64,000 nt of DNA from Paramecium tetraurelia (lineage: Eukaryota). This document shows positions 26,881 to 41,500 of this stretch, piece after piece. Made by a program: the position numbers and the translations under genes. The first letter of the stretch is position 1; every line of letters starts with the position of its first letter. The stretch lies in the NCBI GenBank assembly GCA_000165425.1, contig CT868607.1, positions 1 through 64,000 on the forward strand. The letters are read 5' to 3'. Under the pieces are notes generated by a model, which was not told the DNA's origin, did not search any database, and saw only the letters and a list, made by a program, of their open reading frames with translations.

Positions 26881-29425
26881 ATGTTCAACATTCAATAATA
26901 TTTGAATTCAATCTAACATAAGAACCACTTTAAGAACATATTTATGAACGAAGGTTTTTAATCAGGAGAATAAAGTTCAAGTGATGAATTTGATTCCATT
27001 ATCAAACCTAAACCTAAAATACATAAGACTCTTTCCCTAGAAGATAAAACAAGTGGCATTCCAAATAATGAAAATGATCTAGCTCAGTTAAATACTCTGC
27101 AGCAGTTACTCTATGAAACCAACCTCAAAGTTACTAAGAGGGATGAGTAAATTTTACAGATGACCACAAACTATTTAAAAGATATTTAACATCTCAAATC
27201 AATGGTAAATATTTCCTCTTATTGAAGTTTTTGAGGTAACTGGAAAATCCAGGAACTGAATTTTATGAGGTTAATTACTTTGATATCAAATAGGCATTGG
27301 AACCTGAATTATAGAATTACATTCAGGAGAAATTTCAATAGCTATAGAAACAATGCTAATAGACAGTTTAAAGATATAAAATTGAATTAACTGCATTAAG
27401 CACTGAGTGTGAATCTCATAAGCGAACTATTTAAGTTTTATTATAAAATAATACCCTGCATTCCATTATTAAAATGCTGTTTCTGATAGAAAAGGATCCA
27501 TATAAGATTTGGAAACAAATATAAGATTAGGTTGGTAACAAGATAATTTTTTAAGTGTTTGAAACTTAAATAGGAGGTTATGGAATCAATTATAGAGAGA
27601 TTGATGAACTTATTTCTAAAAATTCAGCTGGAGGTAGGATGTTTTGCAGATAAAAATAATTATACGAGGAATAATTAAAAATTATGATCGATGATAATAT
27701 CCAAATTATATCCACTTTAAAATAAGACCTATAGAATAAAGAATAGATTATTGAGGAACTTCAGTTATCTAATGAGGAGAACACAATAAAAATTCAGGAA
27801 TAATTTAATGAATAGATAGAGTAGAAACTGAAGGAACAACAACATAATCTGAGTTAAGAATTTGATAGGAAACTGAAAATGCAATAAAAAGAATTGGCAG
27901 ATCCTTAATTAATAAGAAAAATCACTCTAAGGTGTGCTTTTGCAAGATGGGTTAATTTTTCTTAGTTCTATCAGCTTTTTGAATAAGAATAGGATGAAGA
28001 TAGTTTGTATGAATTAAAAATAAGAATCAATCGATTTTTAAAATAGGTCAATGATGAATTTACAATAAAAGATTATGAAAAATTGATTTAAAATTATTAG
28101 TAAGCTCAATATAATATAATAAAAGTGGAACAAGAAAAGAATATTTTTGAATAAAAATGCAAATAGCAATAACTAGAAGTACAGAAGCATAAGAATACAA
28201 TATAAATGTTGTCATAAACAATCCAAGTCCTTAAGTAGGAACTCTAAAATTGTGAATCTACTATAAAATTAATATCAAAGCCTTTTTGTTCAATATTATA
28301 AAGATTAGGGTATCCATCAAAACTGAATTTGCTATCAATTTTAAAAAGCGGGATAAGTTTAGAGTTTTTGCAGAGTGAAGATCCAGAAGTTCAGTCTAGT
28401 TTGATAACATTTTTTTAATTAGCAATTTCATCATAATTAATTCATCAAAGTAATCCAAAGAGAGAAGCTGAAACAATTACTGAGTTTTTTGATGTATTAT
28501 TCTATTGTTAATTTAGATTAGATATGCAATGTCATAGGAGTTGAATGAGGATGCTAACTTATAATCATATCGATTATAGTCCCCTGATGTTCCTCTCATT
28601 TAATTTTAAATCACAGATTAAGCTATCAGTCCAAAAGATCAATTAAATAATTCCTATATTGAAAACAAATTCCAAATTAAAGGAACTCAAAAAACATCAA
28701 ATCACACAAATTAATCTCCAAAATCGAATAGAGTTCAAAATTAGTTTCAATAGATCAATACGCCTAAGATTAGTTAAAAGAGAGATAGATAAATTGAAAG
28801 TTTCGCAGCTAAAAGGGAAAAAAAGAGTTAATAATAATTATTAGATACAACTTCGAGCGGATTTCAGAAATAGGTTGAGAAGGTAAGAAAGAGAGATCAT
28901 CTTATGATACAAGAAATAAATTATGTGGACAAGGGAATTCAAGTTGATTCAGATTATCAATCATCTCGGCACAAAACAAGTCTGAATGTTCAATTTAAGG
29001 ATAATGATCAAAACTCCATTTAATAAGATGTCTTAGTAATATTGAGAGATGAAGTAGATTCAAGGGCTACTTCAGTCACAAAACGAAGAAGTCTTAGCTA
29101 AAACAATAAAAAACAATAATTTAACATTCCTAATTAATTTATTAATAATCAAAATCTAACTCTGTATTAGGCATCCAAATTGAAGACTTAAAATAAAACA
29201 ATTTATTCAGAACAATAACAAATGTAATAAGGTTTAGGCTTTGGGTTTTTACCTACTAGTCCACTTTAGTTTTATTAGGAATTATTTAAGGAAAAATAAA
29301 AATTGCAATTAAAAAATTACACAATAGTCAAGGATTAGGGAGTTAAGATGTAGAATTATTAAAAAAGAAGAATAGAACCAAGTATCGAAGGGAAACACCT
29401 ACAAGTTCCAAGTTATTTAAAATGA
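26881..29425 (+). CDS. Hypothetical coiled-coil protein
   Basis: Long E/Q/K-rich code-6 ORF with mini-introns. Confidence 0.65.
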
Positions 29426-29446
29426 ATATCTAATAAACTAATATTA

Positions 29447-29737
29447 TCATTTAAAGCTTGGTTAATAGCCATAACTACCAACACTCCATTTACCATACCC
29501 TTTTACTTCAGGTGCTTTTTCAGATATTTTACCATATCTTTATTAATTAAAGTAGGAAGATTCATTTTGTGTTCTTGGATCTCCATTTCCTTGAAAACAG
29601 CCTTTATGAAAATGGAACCTCAACTTTCTGCCCTCTCTTACTAAGATCTCTTGTCCCTTGTAAATATTTTATTTGCAGGCACGACAAGACCACCCATTTC
29701 TGCAAGCTACACCTCCACTGAGTGTCCAATAATCCAT
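29447..29737 (-). CDS. Small (96 aa) protein with a PARP-type zinc-finger-like motif
   Basis: Intronless ORF MDYWTLSGGVACRNGWSCRACKQNIYKGQEILVREGRKLRFHFHKGCFQGNGDPR...; CxxC..HxxC. Confidence 0.7.
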
Positions 29738-29841
29738 CAAATTATAAATATTAATAATAATAATTTAAAAGTCAATAATGTGTATGAGTGGCCCCTGTAA
29801 TTGATGAAACTATTTAGCATAATCTTTCCATTAGAAATATG

Positions 29842-31337
29842 TCACGATGCATATATAAATCCCAATAAGTTAGATACCCTTTTTGATTACCATCTACCTC
29901 TTGCATTAATCTTGATTATTAATAAATAATATATACTATCTTGCGAACTGAAAATCAGTTTTTTATTCAAATTGTTCAAGATCTGAAAGACTTAAAGTGT
30001 TTGGAGTAGTCGATGTGGATTTCAAAGTTTCGAAAATGACCTTCACGCAATTCTTTGGTTATTCTACTTATAAACACAAACCTTCTAGAATAACACCAGT
30101 TTCGCTGTAATTTATCCAATCGTCTTGATCTTTATCTAATTCCTTGAACAGAGAGTCTCTATCAATTTATAATAAGTTGTGTTTTAACTAGTTCTCAAAA
30201 GCATAATAACTAATTTTGACTCTGCTTGAATTCGGAAAGAGAACGGTAAATATTTGTTCTGGAGTGGCATTAATATATGGAACAACTCTACAACTTGAAA
30301 CGTATTCAGGCTGATCTAATTTATGTAGTAGGGATGGCCAATGAGTGAATAAATGCTTGTATTATGGTTGAGCTGCTTTTTAATAATCTTAATAATTGTA
30401 AAAACTGTAGTATTTTTGAGAATCATTAACGATAATTTTATTTTCAGTTTCTTGTGATTTATGGGGATTTGTTGTTTTATCTTAGATGGATAATAGAGGC
30501 TAAAGATAAGATTAGGCGGTGTTAATTTGTATATAGGTGGAATGGCCACTTTGAAATAATTGGGATGGTTTGACTTCATTTTTCGGAGTAATGTCTTAGA
30601 TTTGAGGAGGAGGCTAGGTGATCTAATTTAAAATGCTTTCGTTTGAAGATTCAGATTGGATGTCATCGTCTTGATTGATATCAATTTCTTAATCCTATAA
30701 TTAATGTTGTGAACTAGTTTTATAATTAACTGCTCTATTGAATTGTTTAGGAATGGTCTAGTTAATTATGGGCTGGTTGATGAAATGCATATTATTAAGA
30801 GACATTAGTTTAGAAATAGGTTTATTCAATGTCTTTAGATTCATTTTGATTTCTATCTGAAAGTACAATTTCTGAAAACTGGACATCATTGACAAATTAA
30901 TTAATTTTACCTAAGTTAATTGTTTTTGGAGATTGCTATTCAACTGGTTTCCATAAATCAGGACAAGATTTCTTTTAACTGTTTTGTAAAGGTTGAAGTT
31001 GCAATTGTTAGACTTTTTACATTCTGTTGGATGTAGGAGATTGACAAGTGAGAACCTTATCGTTTTCTTTGTCTCCCTTTCTTCTAAGGTATTTCCTTAA
31101 ATCAGTTGACAAGTCTTTTAGATTATTGCCCTTTTTATAGTGATTCAATATTGCAATGACATCTTGATTACCTTCTTTAACCATGTTTCTTAATGCTATC
31201 CTATCATCCTTGAAAATTACTAATTTTTAGTAGAATAATTACATGTGCAATTGTCTAGCAAAGTGAGTATTTCTAAGTTGTCTGGTTTTTTAAGGTTCTT
31301 TTAAATGGGTTATGGTGATTTTCCAAATCTAATCCAT
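29842..31337 (-). CDS. Protein with C-terminal EF-hands
   Basis: LFKELDKDQDDWINYSE and MQEVDGNQKGYLTYWD loops; low-complexity middle. Confidence 0.65.
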
Positions 31338-31546
31338 TAAAAAAATTAACTGTTAATTACAAAATTTAATAAAAATTATATTTACATCAAACATTTATTT
31401 ATCAATTTATGAAGGAAATGTATTAAAGGGTTGTTTTCAAAATGGAATCGGAAGTGTTGAGATGATTGCATTATTATCAAAGTTAAATATGAATAAAAAT
31501 GAGATTGTTTGAAAAATTAACTTTTATTATTTGAATTATATATAAA

Positions 31547-34497
31547 ATGAATTTATCAAAACAACAGGAGGAAGCTCCGATCATTTAGAAAGGGATTCAG
31601 CTCACCAAGTAGGATAAAGTAAACAAATGCAGATATTAAATGAATAGATTTATCATTTTGATATGTTATCCTGGGCCTCTGCAGGTGCTACTTTAGTGTC
31701 AATTTGGCAAATAATAATACCGTTTACACTCTTTTCTTTGAATAAACCATAATTGATATTGGGAATCACGAGTATCTTTTTTCTCCTGATCAGCTTGGTG
31801 GTTTTGTATTGGAGTCACAAGGGATACAATTTTTATAAGAAAGTATAGTGTGAAAATTTAAATTTGTAGGATAAGAATGATGAATAAATGCCTCTGTAAG
31901 CTTGGCATATTGAAGGCTTGATCTACGTAATTAGTTTCATTTTAATCGCATTATATGCAAGTTGCTTCTTTGGCATTTTAGAAAACGAAGGATACTCATG
32001 GGCTTTGATGGCAGCTCAAGGAGTTCCAGTGAATACAGCTCAAAAAGAGGCATTTATTATTGTGTTGTCCCAATTGATACTAATTTTAGTGGATCTGGTT
32101 CTTCTGGCCTATTATGCTAAAGTATCATACCATCTAGAATTTTAACCAATGAATTTGCCATCCTTATTGGGTTGGTTTTTGACAATGTACAATTATTGTT
32201 GATTATAAGATTCATCTTTATGTGTTGTATAACGATAGGTGACACCAATTATTTGCCATCCAAGTTAGGTGGGATAGTGGATTAAGAAAGTATGGAGAAA
32301 GCAAAGGGAGCTCACACTTCAATATTTTGGACTTGTTTGATTGGTTTAATATTTTCTTTATTCACGTTGTTTGAACAAAGATCAATACAATAAGAAGTAT
32401 TCCCAAAAGTGAAATTCTATTTCTTACCATTCCTTTTGATCATGGTGGCTAGTGTATTTTTAATATCGAACTCCTTAAATTTCTTGTATGCTTCAAGTCA
32501 GTCAATATAAGAATTGAAGAAGGATTGCAAATCAACAATACAGACCTTCTCCTAAACCTACATAGATTCTATCGGATGTCCAGCAAAATACAAGACAGTG
32601 AATATATAAGGCAGCAATTACTTTGACATGTATTGTTAATAAGATGAGGTTGGTATAGTATGGGAAAATGAAGTGGACAAACCGAATTCTGAAAAAAGGA
32701 ATCAACTAGCTTGTATGAATTTGTCTTGTTGTTATTTAGTAAGTGAAGAAAGAACTCTATTTTATAAGTAATATTTTTTCTATTCAATTTTGACTGCATT
32801 CTTAGGATTCATAGCAGCAGGTCATTGTTTTGATATAGCTCTGCAAGAACCAAATGTAATAAAGGCAGGACCATCAGTCTATTCATAGACCTAATATATT
32901 GTATAGATAGTTCTGGCATTATTTTCAATAATTCTTGGAATATACTTGTCTATCAAATACAATCAGAAAGTGCCAATTAAAATGCCAGAATTTAATTATA
33001 AGGATTAAATCAATTTAGAACCTAAATATTTCACTCATCTAACCCCATTATCCTCAATTCCTTAATGTTAGGAAGTGAGAGATCAACACAATAAAGCATT
33101 CAAAGTCCATTTTGATCATAATGCATGTGCAGGTTAAGCTAAATGTTCTAGAATGGGATTTTATGGTTGTTTAGAATCATAAAATGGAATATTCTAGTTG
33201 CTACCTACATTTCAAGATTAAGAAATAGCAATCTTTGGAAGTCATGCGTATGATCCATATGTCCTTTAATAGGCATTACATGGTGAAGAAGCTGCTGACA
33301 AACTGTGTTTTGAAGGTTTGGAAGGACCTATAAATCAATTGCTGAATTCTAAAGTGTATGTATGTCATCCTCCAGATAAGGAAGCGACTGTCAAGTTTTC
33401 AACAAAGGAAAAGGAAATTATTTTTGAATAAATGATTCAATATTAAGAGGAAGAGTTTGATATAATCAGAACTGTTAAATTGCCTAGACTTTCTCATCAA
33501 AAAAGAAATCATAAGGATCTTGGTGACACAGGAGAAGAGGAAAGTTTAGGATAGTACACAACAGTCACTATAATAGTAAGTGATGCTGAAACATTTGAAC
33601 CACTTGTTGGAGCAACTGTCACTATGTACCAAGATGTGGATAAATGTTAGGAGTTGAATCAAAATTTATATTATCCCATTCGAATAGCTCAAACCAATTC
33701 TACAGGAATGATTAGCATCTACAATGTTTAGATGAAAGACAAAAGACAAACTTTCAATCTTGTTATTAGATAGGATGGCTATATGTTCAATTGCTTAATT
33801 GTACTAACAATAAATTTATATTTAGTCTGATCATCTAAAGCCTTTCAAATAGAATATCTTCCACGTCCCACTAGTGAAATCACTCACTGATCAATAGGAG
33901 ATGAAGGTTCTACTTTGGCATCAGAATCCTAAGTTGAATTTGGAATTGGGTGCCAATGTACTTTTAGACAAGAATCAACAATGTAGTGTTGGCTTTTTCT
34001 TTTCGGAATGCTCCTTCATGAAATTCACTTCTCATCCCAAAAGCCAAAGTCAAGTTTCGAGAGTTATCACTCTAGAGAAGATAATACAATTCACTTACCT
34101 CTTCTTTGTTCGACATATCCCCATCAATTCTGATATTATTGAAGTCGTAAACAATAAGGGGTTATCTCTAGTGGCCAAATTACAAGCAGAACTATAATCA
34201 GAAATAGAGGAGTTTTAGAAAGCGTAACCCAAAGTCTCAATTTATTCAAAGAAGAACCCTTATCCACACATTCATGAGATGCCTCATACTCTGTCGGCTG
34301 AAATCGATACTACTCCTGATTTGCTCGTTTGGCTTTCCTTCTGTATGAATGGCAAAGTTGGCCCTGAATCAAGTGCACCTATCAATCACTTCTGGGAAAA
34401 GAAGGACGAATCCAAATTTTGGTAAAGACACACTGTCCAACCAAACACTATACCAGATTCCTCCATTTGCGATAAAATGTATAAATAATAATCATGA
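31547..34497 (+). CDS. Multi-pass membrane protein with Cys-rich loop and large C-terminal beta-sandwich region
   Basis: About 8-9 hydrophobic segments; Cys loop (GCPAKY..WENE..CMNLSCC); then VSDAETFEPLVGATVTMY (carboxypeptidase-regulatory-like) and further Cys-containing domains. Confidence 0.7.
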
Positions 34498-34517
34498 TTA
34501 TGATAAACGAATATAAT

Positions 34518-35293
34518 TCAACTTTTCTCTACATATTTTCTACAGAGAGACTTCAATTAAGAATAGACCTTTCCAGGAGGACTTCCCAAAATCAAAGCAC
34601 AAATTGCATCTCTGGCAGCTTTGATATTAGAATAACTCCCTAGTATATGTATTCTTTAATCTGCTAAAACTATTCTTGTTCTCGTAGCATTTTCAATTGC
34701 AAACTTAGTCTTGCCTTTTTCACCAGAAATACGTCCAATACATCTTGACAAATGATCACCATGTAAGGTCTTAACTAATAACATTACATCACGTAGTACC
34801 ATCTTTAACTTCAAATGATTCCACATACAAATCATCTAATCTCAACAAAGCCACTGAATCATCGATATCAAATCCTAAGAATTATTAAATTCATTACCCA
34901 TCATGAATGCCTTCAAAAAATCGACTCCTCTTTGCAATGAAGTCTTGTCTTCAGTGAATTGAGATGTCTTTATTTCAACACACTTCTTTTTTGTGTTCAT
35001 TCTTATTTACAACTTCATGTTTTCCTTTGCATTTCATTTAAACAAATACCACTATCGTTGTCAATATCTTGTCCCAATTGTTTTTCAATGGAGTTACTCT
35101 ATGAGGAGGCACTGGCACTCTTCTTATCTCTCCCTTTTTATTCTAAATGTTTATTTATTTCTAATACACTCTCCTAATTCTCATTCACTTATTAGAATTG
35201 GATATCTTGCACCTCATTCTAGATTTAATTGATGTCTTCTTCTATTATTTCATTATTTTCTTCGTTAAATTCTTTCTCTTAATCGATGTCCAT
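34518..35293 (-). CDS. PNO1: Pre-rRNA processing KH protein Pno1/Dim2
   Basis: [61 protein letters not shown]. Confidence 0.96.
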
Positions 35294-35395
35294 ACACTAA
35301 AATTCCCAATTAATTACAATAAAGTTAATTGTATTTATTAATCAAATTACTTAAAATAACCATAAAATACAAATAATATAGCCTATTAAAATATT

Positions 35396-36436
35396 TCAAA
35401 TTGAAAACTCTTTATAACATTTCATACAAAAGTTCGTAATTTAACCTGCTATGCCTCCAATATCACTACTAAACTCCTATTAGCATTTAAGACACTTCTT
35501 CTTCTTTTCCTCAGATATTATTTGGTTCTTCATTTACTTAACATATTGTTAGGCTTTAAATTCAGGTAGCGTCTTCAATTTGTTTTATTCTATAAGTATA
35601 TCTGTCTATTGATTCATCTCTTCCAAAAGAAATTTAACCTATTATTGAAGAGATATTGACTTATTATTCTACACTGAACTGAATTGTTGTTGGGGGTTTT
35701 GTTATTGACTTCTTTGATTATTCTACTCCTCTTAGAATAAAGAAAACAACAGTACATTTTAGTATATATCATTTTCTATCATTATCTTGATACTATTAGG
35801 AAGACTAGAATTCAGTAACACCAATCTATGTAGCGTTTTATTCGGTTTGTAATAAAGTATTTATTGTATATCAACATTTATAACATATTTAAGATTATCA
35901 ACTAAAAGTGCACTCTGTCCAATAGACAAATTTCTTACATCCACCTAATCGCTAACTTATATTCCATTTTCAAGCAGATGGTTACTCAAATTAAGATTTA
36001 TGCTATTTTTCAATAGAATGGTTGCAATTTCTGTAAAACACCACAATCCCATACTCTGGTTGATTGAATTGGTTTTAATCAATTAATTCAACTATGAATA
36101 AGGTGTTCCATCAGCAATAAATTATCCCTTCTTGTTTAGTAATCCGATCATTATTGCATTATACAAACCCTGCAATCCTTATCCAGTTAATTGCATTGTA
36201 CTTTCTGGTATTTGAAGCTTATCAATGATTATCTTTGGTATTGGCACTAGTTATTGCAAGTTGTTTTGATTGTTCTAAAAATATTCAAACCCTTTGCCAA
36301 TATTGTAATTGTTCCCAGCAAAATATCTATTAAAGTCTCTTAATTTCTTTATTACTTCATTTTTGTTTGGTTTGTTCTCTAATTATATTTCCAAGAATTC
36401 CTGAAACTTAGTTAATATGTATTAAGGAGCCAACAT
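35396..36436 (-). CDS. Hypothetical protein
   Basis: Long TGA-free code-6 frame starting MLAPQYILTKFQEF; no recognisable motif. Confidence 0.55.
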
Positions 36437-36471
36437 AATAAATATTATAAATTTAATATCAAGAATTAAAA

Positions 36472-37091
36472 TCAATCAATTTTACTATTCCTATTTCGCA
36501 CCAACAATTAGTGCAGAAGTGATAACAGTCTTTATACGTCTATGCAAATATATTAATTCTTACGTTACAACATACAAAAATAATACCAATCCCAAAAGCA
36601 GGTGACAAAAGGAGACAAAGCAATAATTATGAAAGTCCGATTCTATATTCAACTTGGGAATGTACTTCTTAATTACACCATTTGCATTATAGATACTATG
36701 AGTGCTTCATCTTGGGAATCTATGGCAAATTTTAGCGAGTTGGAAAGCCAGATCCAGGTTAATATGGTCTACTTATAGGCTATGCAATTTATTAGTTATT
36801 TATTTGCTCCACAGCTGATTAGCGGACTTCAGAAACAATTTATTAAGCTACTATTTATTGATACGGAGCTCGTTGTGACCAATGAATTTAAACTTCTTAA
36901 AACTATGGAATTTTGCTCTTATTCATATAGATTCGGGATTCAGGGAGTCTAGTTTTCTCATAAACTGGTATTGAGGCTGTTATCCTATTGTTTTCTTGTT
37001 TCTATTCTGGAGCTTGGATTTGTTCCTACTGCTAAATTTTGATTGGGATGTTTTCTTCTTAATATAATTATGATTTCGTATGAGTTTTCAT
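36472..37091 (-). CDS. LITAF-domain (zinc ribbon) protein
   Basis: Q-rich N-terminus, then QCKWCNQEV..hydrophobic stretch..KDCYHFCTNCWCEIG. Confidence 0.85.
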
Positions 37092-37152
37092 AAAAATTAC
37101 AAAAATTTATAAAACAAAATTTTACAAAAATATCAAATAATGGAACATCCCA

Positions 37153-38412
37153 TCAAATACTGTGTTATCTTTGCTTAATTAAACATTCATCCAACTGTCT
37201 TCTAAGCATCAAACCACGTATTTTTTCCCATTTGATATAATTCTCTTTCTTGACATATATATATTCATCTTCCAAGATTTCCTTAGCACTAACTCTCGAG
37301 AACGGATCAGGATCCATCATTCTACAAATTAACTTCCTCAACCTAAGAGAATACATATTTTCAGGGAAATCTGTTATTTGGATGCCCTCTCTGATACGAC
37401 GCCATTCCTCTCCATTTGAAGGTAATTGCTTTCTCGTCATTAATTAATATAGAGTGGCACCCAAAGAGAATATATCAGTTTTGCAGAGATCCAACTTGTC
37501 AGTCTGATTCAACAATTCCTTTGCGATGTATCTAAAATCACCAACACTCACGTCTTCCTAACGTTGTTGTATTTTCTTTGACAAACCCAAATCTGCCAAC
37601 TTATATTGACCATCCTTCCTACTATACAGAATATTCTCTGGTTTGATATCAAGATGTGATATTTGTTGCTCATGCAAGAAAATCAATCCATTGGTTATGT
37701 CTTTAAGTATCTTTTTAATCTCGAATTCCTCATAGTCCTATCTGGAACTCACACTGTAATCGCAATACTCCATTAATAAGTAGAGCATGTTTCCCTCTTG
37801 CCATGAAGTAAAGTATCTAACGAGATTCTTACAAGCTCCTTTAGCATTTAAATAAGCCAAAGCTTGAGATTCATTGGCCAAATCTATATTTAATTTGTTT
37901 TATTTGATTTTTGTGCATTTAATTGCACAAATTTAATTTGTAAATCTATTTTTACATTTATAGACTTATCCAAAATAACCACTTCCCAATACATCAACTT
38001 AAATGTATTCCTCGTGGTATCTGCTTTTTGGAACCCCCGTTTCTCCCTCAAATTGTTTATTCAAATTTCGAATTACCTTCTTCTTATTATTCATCCTATT
38101 TAGTTGGTTTTGTTTACTCTTCTCTCCAGTCGATTGTTCTAATTTTTTCTCCCTACGTTTAGGAGTGCTTGGCGAACCCATCTAATTGTATTAAAATGCT
38201 ATTGATTTCTATTATTAAATTTTCATTGCTAATTAATTTTTTTAGTTAATCCCAATCCCATCTGTTACTTATAGTTTAATTGGTTGTTTAATCTAATTTC
38301 CAAACTCAGGGGTAAATGGAGGATTCACAAATAACTTCTTACATGGGTTTGGTTCAAACGTTTAAGGCGAACTGGGGTTTGAAAAAAGATTCCTTGAAGG
38401 AAATAGGTCCAT
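37153..38412 (-). CDS. WEE1: WEE1/Myt1-like kinase
   Basis: SRYHEEY, LGSGYFGQV, LVRYFTSWQE, HLDIKPENI, LADLG, VGDFRYIAKELL, LPSNGEEWRRIR. Confidence 0.85.
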
Positions 38413-38532
38413 TCCAAAGGTGTTTTATGTCAAATTTCGAAATTTAAATTAATTCTAAAATTTAGCGCTAAACTAATTCTTTAAATTTTATTTTAAAACT
38501 TTTGTATAAAAATGTAATATATTTATTCACCA

Positions 38533-41500
38533 TCACTTTTTAAAAAGTAGACTTCCAAATCTGGGCTTCGACGAAGTCTATTGAAAGTTTGGCTAAGTAT
38601 CCTCATGAAGACTACCTGCATCTTGGTTCTTCACTTCCTGCTCCTCCTCTACATTCTGGTCATTCAATAAGTCCACAATGCAAATTCCCTCTCCTCCTTC
38701 CAAATTATATTTCTTAGCCCCCACCTATTAGATTACAATCAGAGCTGTCTGTTTCTTGGATAAACAAATGTCCAATTTTTGAGATTCTCTATGATCAATA
38801 ATTTGCATGTTATCCAACTTGAAATACAACTTCTATCTCCAAATTTTATTTGTGCTTCTATTATTCAAATGCTGCAAATAAGTTCCTTCCTTCTTAATGA
38901 AATATTGCGTAATAACAAGATCACTACTGCCATTCTCCTACTCACTCAGATCTCCCTTATGGAAATATTTGATTTTTTGAGAATCCTGGGAATGCTTATC
39001 TGCGATTGCTATAGCACTCTCATACACTGCCTTTTGGAATCCCTGAATCTATTGATCAAGTCTTTGAATCTGTATGAGTTTCTGACTGTGAATTGTCACC
39101 CAAAACTTCATCTTCTTTAAGTCGAATTATTCTTTACTATCCCCTGTTTCGACCTACACAAACAATACGTAATCGCCGCTTTCCAGAGAGGCATCCTTAA
39201 ACAGCATCTTATCTGTAGATTAACCTCTTCCAAAACAATATTTGTATGGTTTAATTTATTTTTTTTCAGAGTTTTATTCAAATATGGAAGCATATTTCAT
39301 GTCAGCTTTGTTAGTTTCCTCTTTTTTATCCTTTTCCTTTTCTGATTTTGAACGATTGACTTGCTCCGACCATCTTGTTACGATCTTCTTCTTCACTTAA
39401 TTCTTATTTGTAAACATGTCCTTTTCCTTTGCTAGCACAATTCTCACAGGAAATGCTTCTAAAGCATAATCGACATAATAACTTTACTTTCTTAAAGAGT
39501 ATACTCATCCTATTTTTCTTAATGGTCCTGAGTAATACATATCAAGCAATCTTGAGCTAAATTAGTTTTAAATTTGCAAAAGAATCTTAGTTCATGATTA
39601 TGCTTATCTTTTTCTTCTGGCTCTATCAATTATTAATTTTATATCGGATATCTGGTGGCACAAAGCATTACAACGTATTGAAAATGCTTGATGAAATCTT
39701 TATATTCCATATAGAAGTAATAATCATTGCCTCTGGCTTGAGGATTACGTTCCTACAATTTCTATCTAGCCAGGGAAAATTAATTGGTAATGTCTTATTT
39801 GAGAGCTAACTTTTAATTTGATGCCAGTATAAGTAGGTAATAGGATTCATCTCGCTTGCCTTAAGAGGTCTCTTGCATGTCCACAATTTGATAAGCTGTA
39901 TTTTTGGGTAACTTTAATCGATCTTCTATGTCTTTGTAGAGATAGCATATTCTGACTTTGGTACTTTGATATTTCTAAGACATGGTTCTCCAGATTTTTT
40001 TTTACTTGAACATATGAATTAACAAATACTTATTCAGAGTATTCTTGATTATCACCAAAGACATTAGGGACTGTTAACTGTACAGTTGGCATCCCTGTAA
40101 GCAAGGTTAAATATTCAACTGCTCTCATTAATTTATCATTCGAAAAATATTGGAAACCTTAATTGTATTTTGCAAATGCCTTAAATAGAATGACCCACGC
40201 TAATTCCTAATCCTCAGAATTAGAGAAAATGGGCATTTTATCCGCTCTGAATACAGGGATTCTATCATCGATAATATATTCCTTCCACTCGTTCTTCAAG
40301 AAGAGTTTAATGAAGTAAAATCCAATTCTATTTATAAATTATTATATTTACTCAGCTTCATATTTTCTAGAAAATACTTTAGCAAACAAGTATGAGTGGA
40401 ATGTAAGTGCATTTAAGACAACTGTTAATTGTTAGCAACAATACTATTCTTAATATTTCAGATAGCCAGGTTCGATCTCTTTAGTGAAGAGTTTATATTC
40501 CTTCTTCTTAAAGTATTTTGATGCGAATATCCTCTCAAATTCAATGGGTGCTCCAATGGGCTAGTCATTTTCATCCTTGATGTTAAAGGACTGCTCAGAG
40601 AAATCGAATTCTGGATCCTCGAAATTCTCTCGTTTTAACCCTTTTTCGTCGATGAGACTCTTATAGCCATCTAATTCAGCTGGAGGGTAACTGTTGCCTT
40701 TTATGGGATACTTCTCCTGCCATTCAGATTTAAATTCCCGTATGATCTTAAAGAAATTAATACTCTATTCAGTCTATAACTATTTGACATTTAGGATTCT
40801 CCACTTATGCCCTTCAGCAATATACTCTATGAAATCGCGAGCAGGTTTATTGTATTCCCAATAAGCATAGAGGTAGGAACCATTGGGGTAGTAAAGTCTA
40901 CCTATCCCATGTTTATATCCGTCTACAAAATCACCTTCATACAAGAATTCTGATTTTTGTTTTTCTGCTTCATCCTCTTGAACTTCCTCAGTCTTTTATA
41001 GTTCCCTTCTCTTTTCGTTATCATATGGAGGAGGGAAGGTGGCCACTATTCTTTCCTTCGAATAGGCTATCTAAACTCCGAATCCATTTGGCAATCCTAG
41101 GTTTGATAAGCACATACTTTATACCTCTTTAAAAATCGCCTACATAATTAGATCCATCAGAAAAGGCCAATTTGCCATGTCCATGCTTTTAGTTGTATTT
41201 GAATTACCCTTCATAACATCCCCCTGTGATGTAACATTCCTTACCATAGCCATGTTTTTGTCCCTACTCAAATTATCCATCATACAAGTATTAACTTTTC
41301 TTGTCCGAGTAGAGTTGAACATTATTATACAGCAAACCTCTACCATGAAACGTTCCATCTTTATATTAACCCTCATAAACATCTCCATTTGGGAAAGTCT
41401 CTATTCCGCACACCTTCTCTCCCCTTTTCCATGTCCCTTTGAAAAAACACTTCGTTTCATTATTAAATAGATATCCTGGACCATCATACAAGACCTACTT

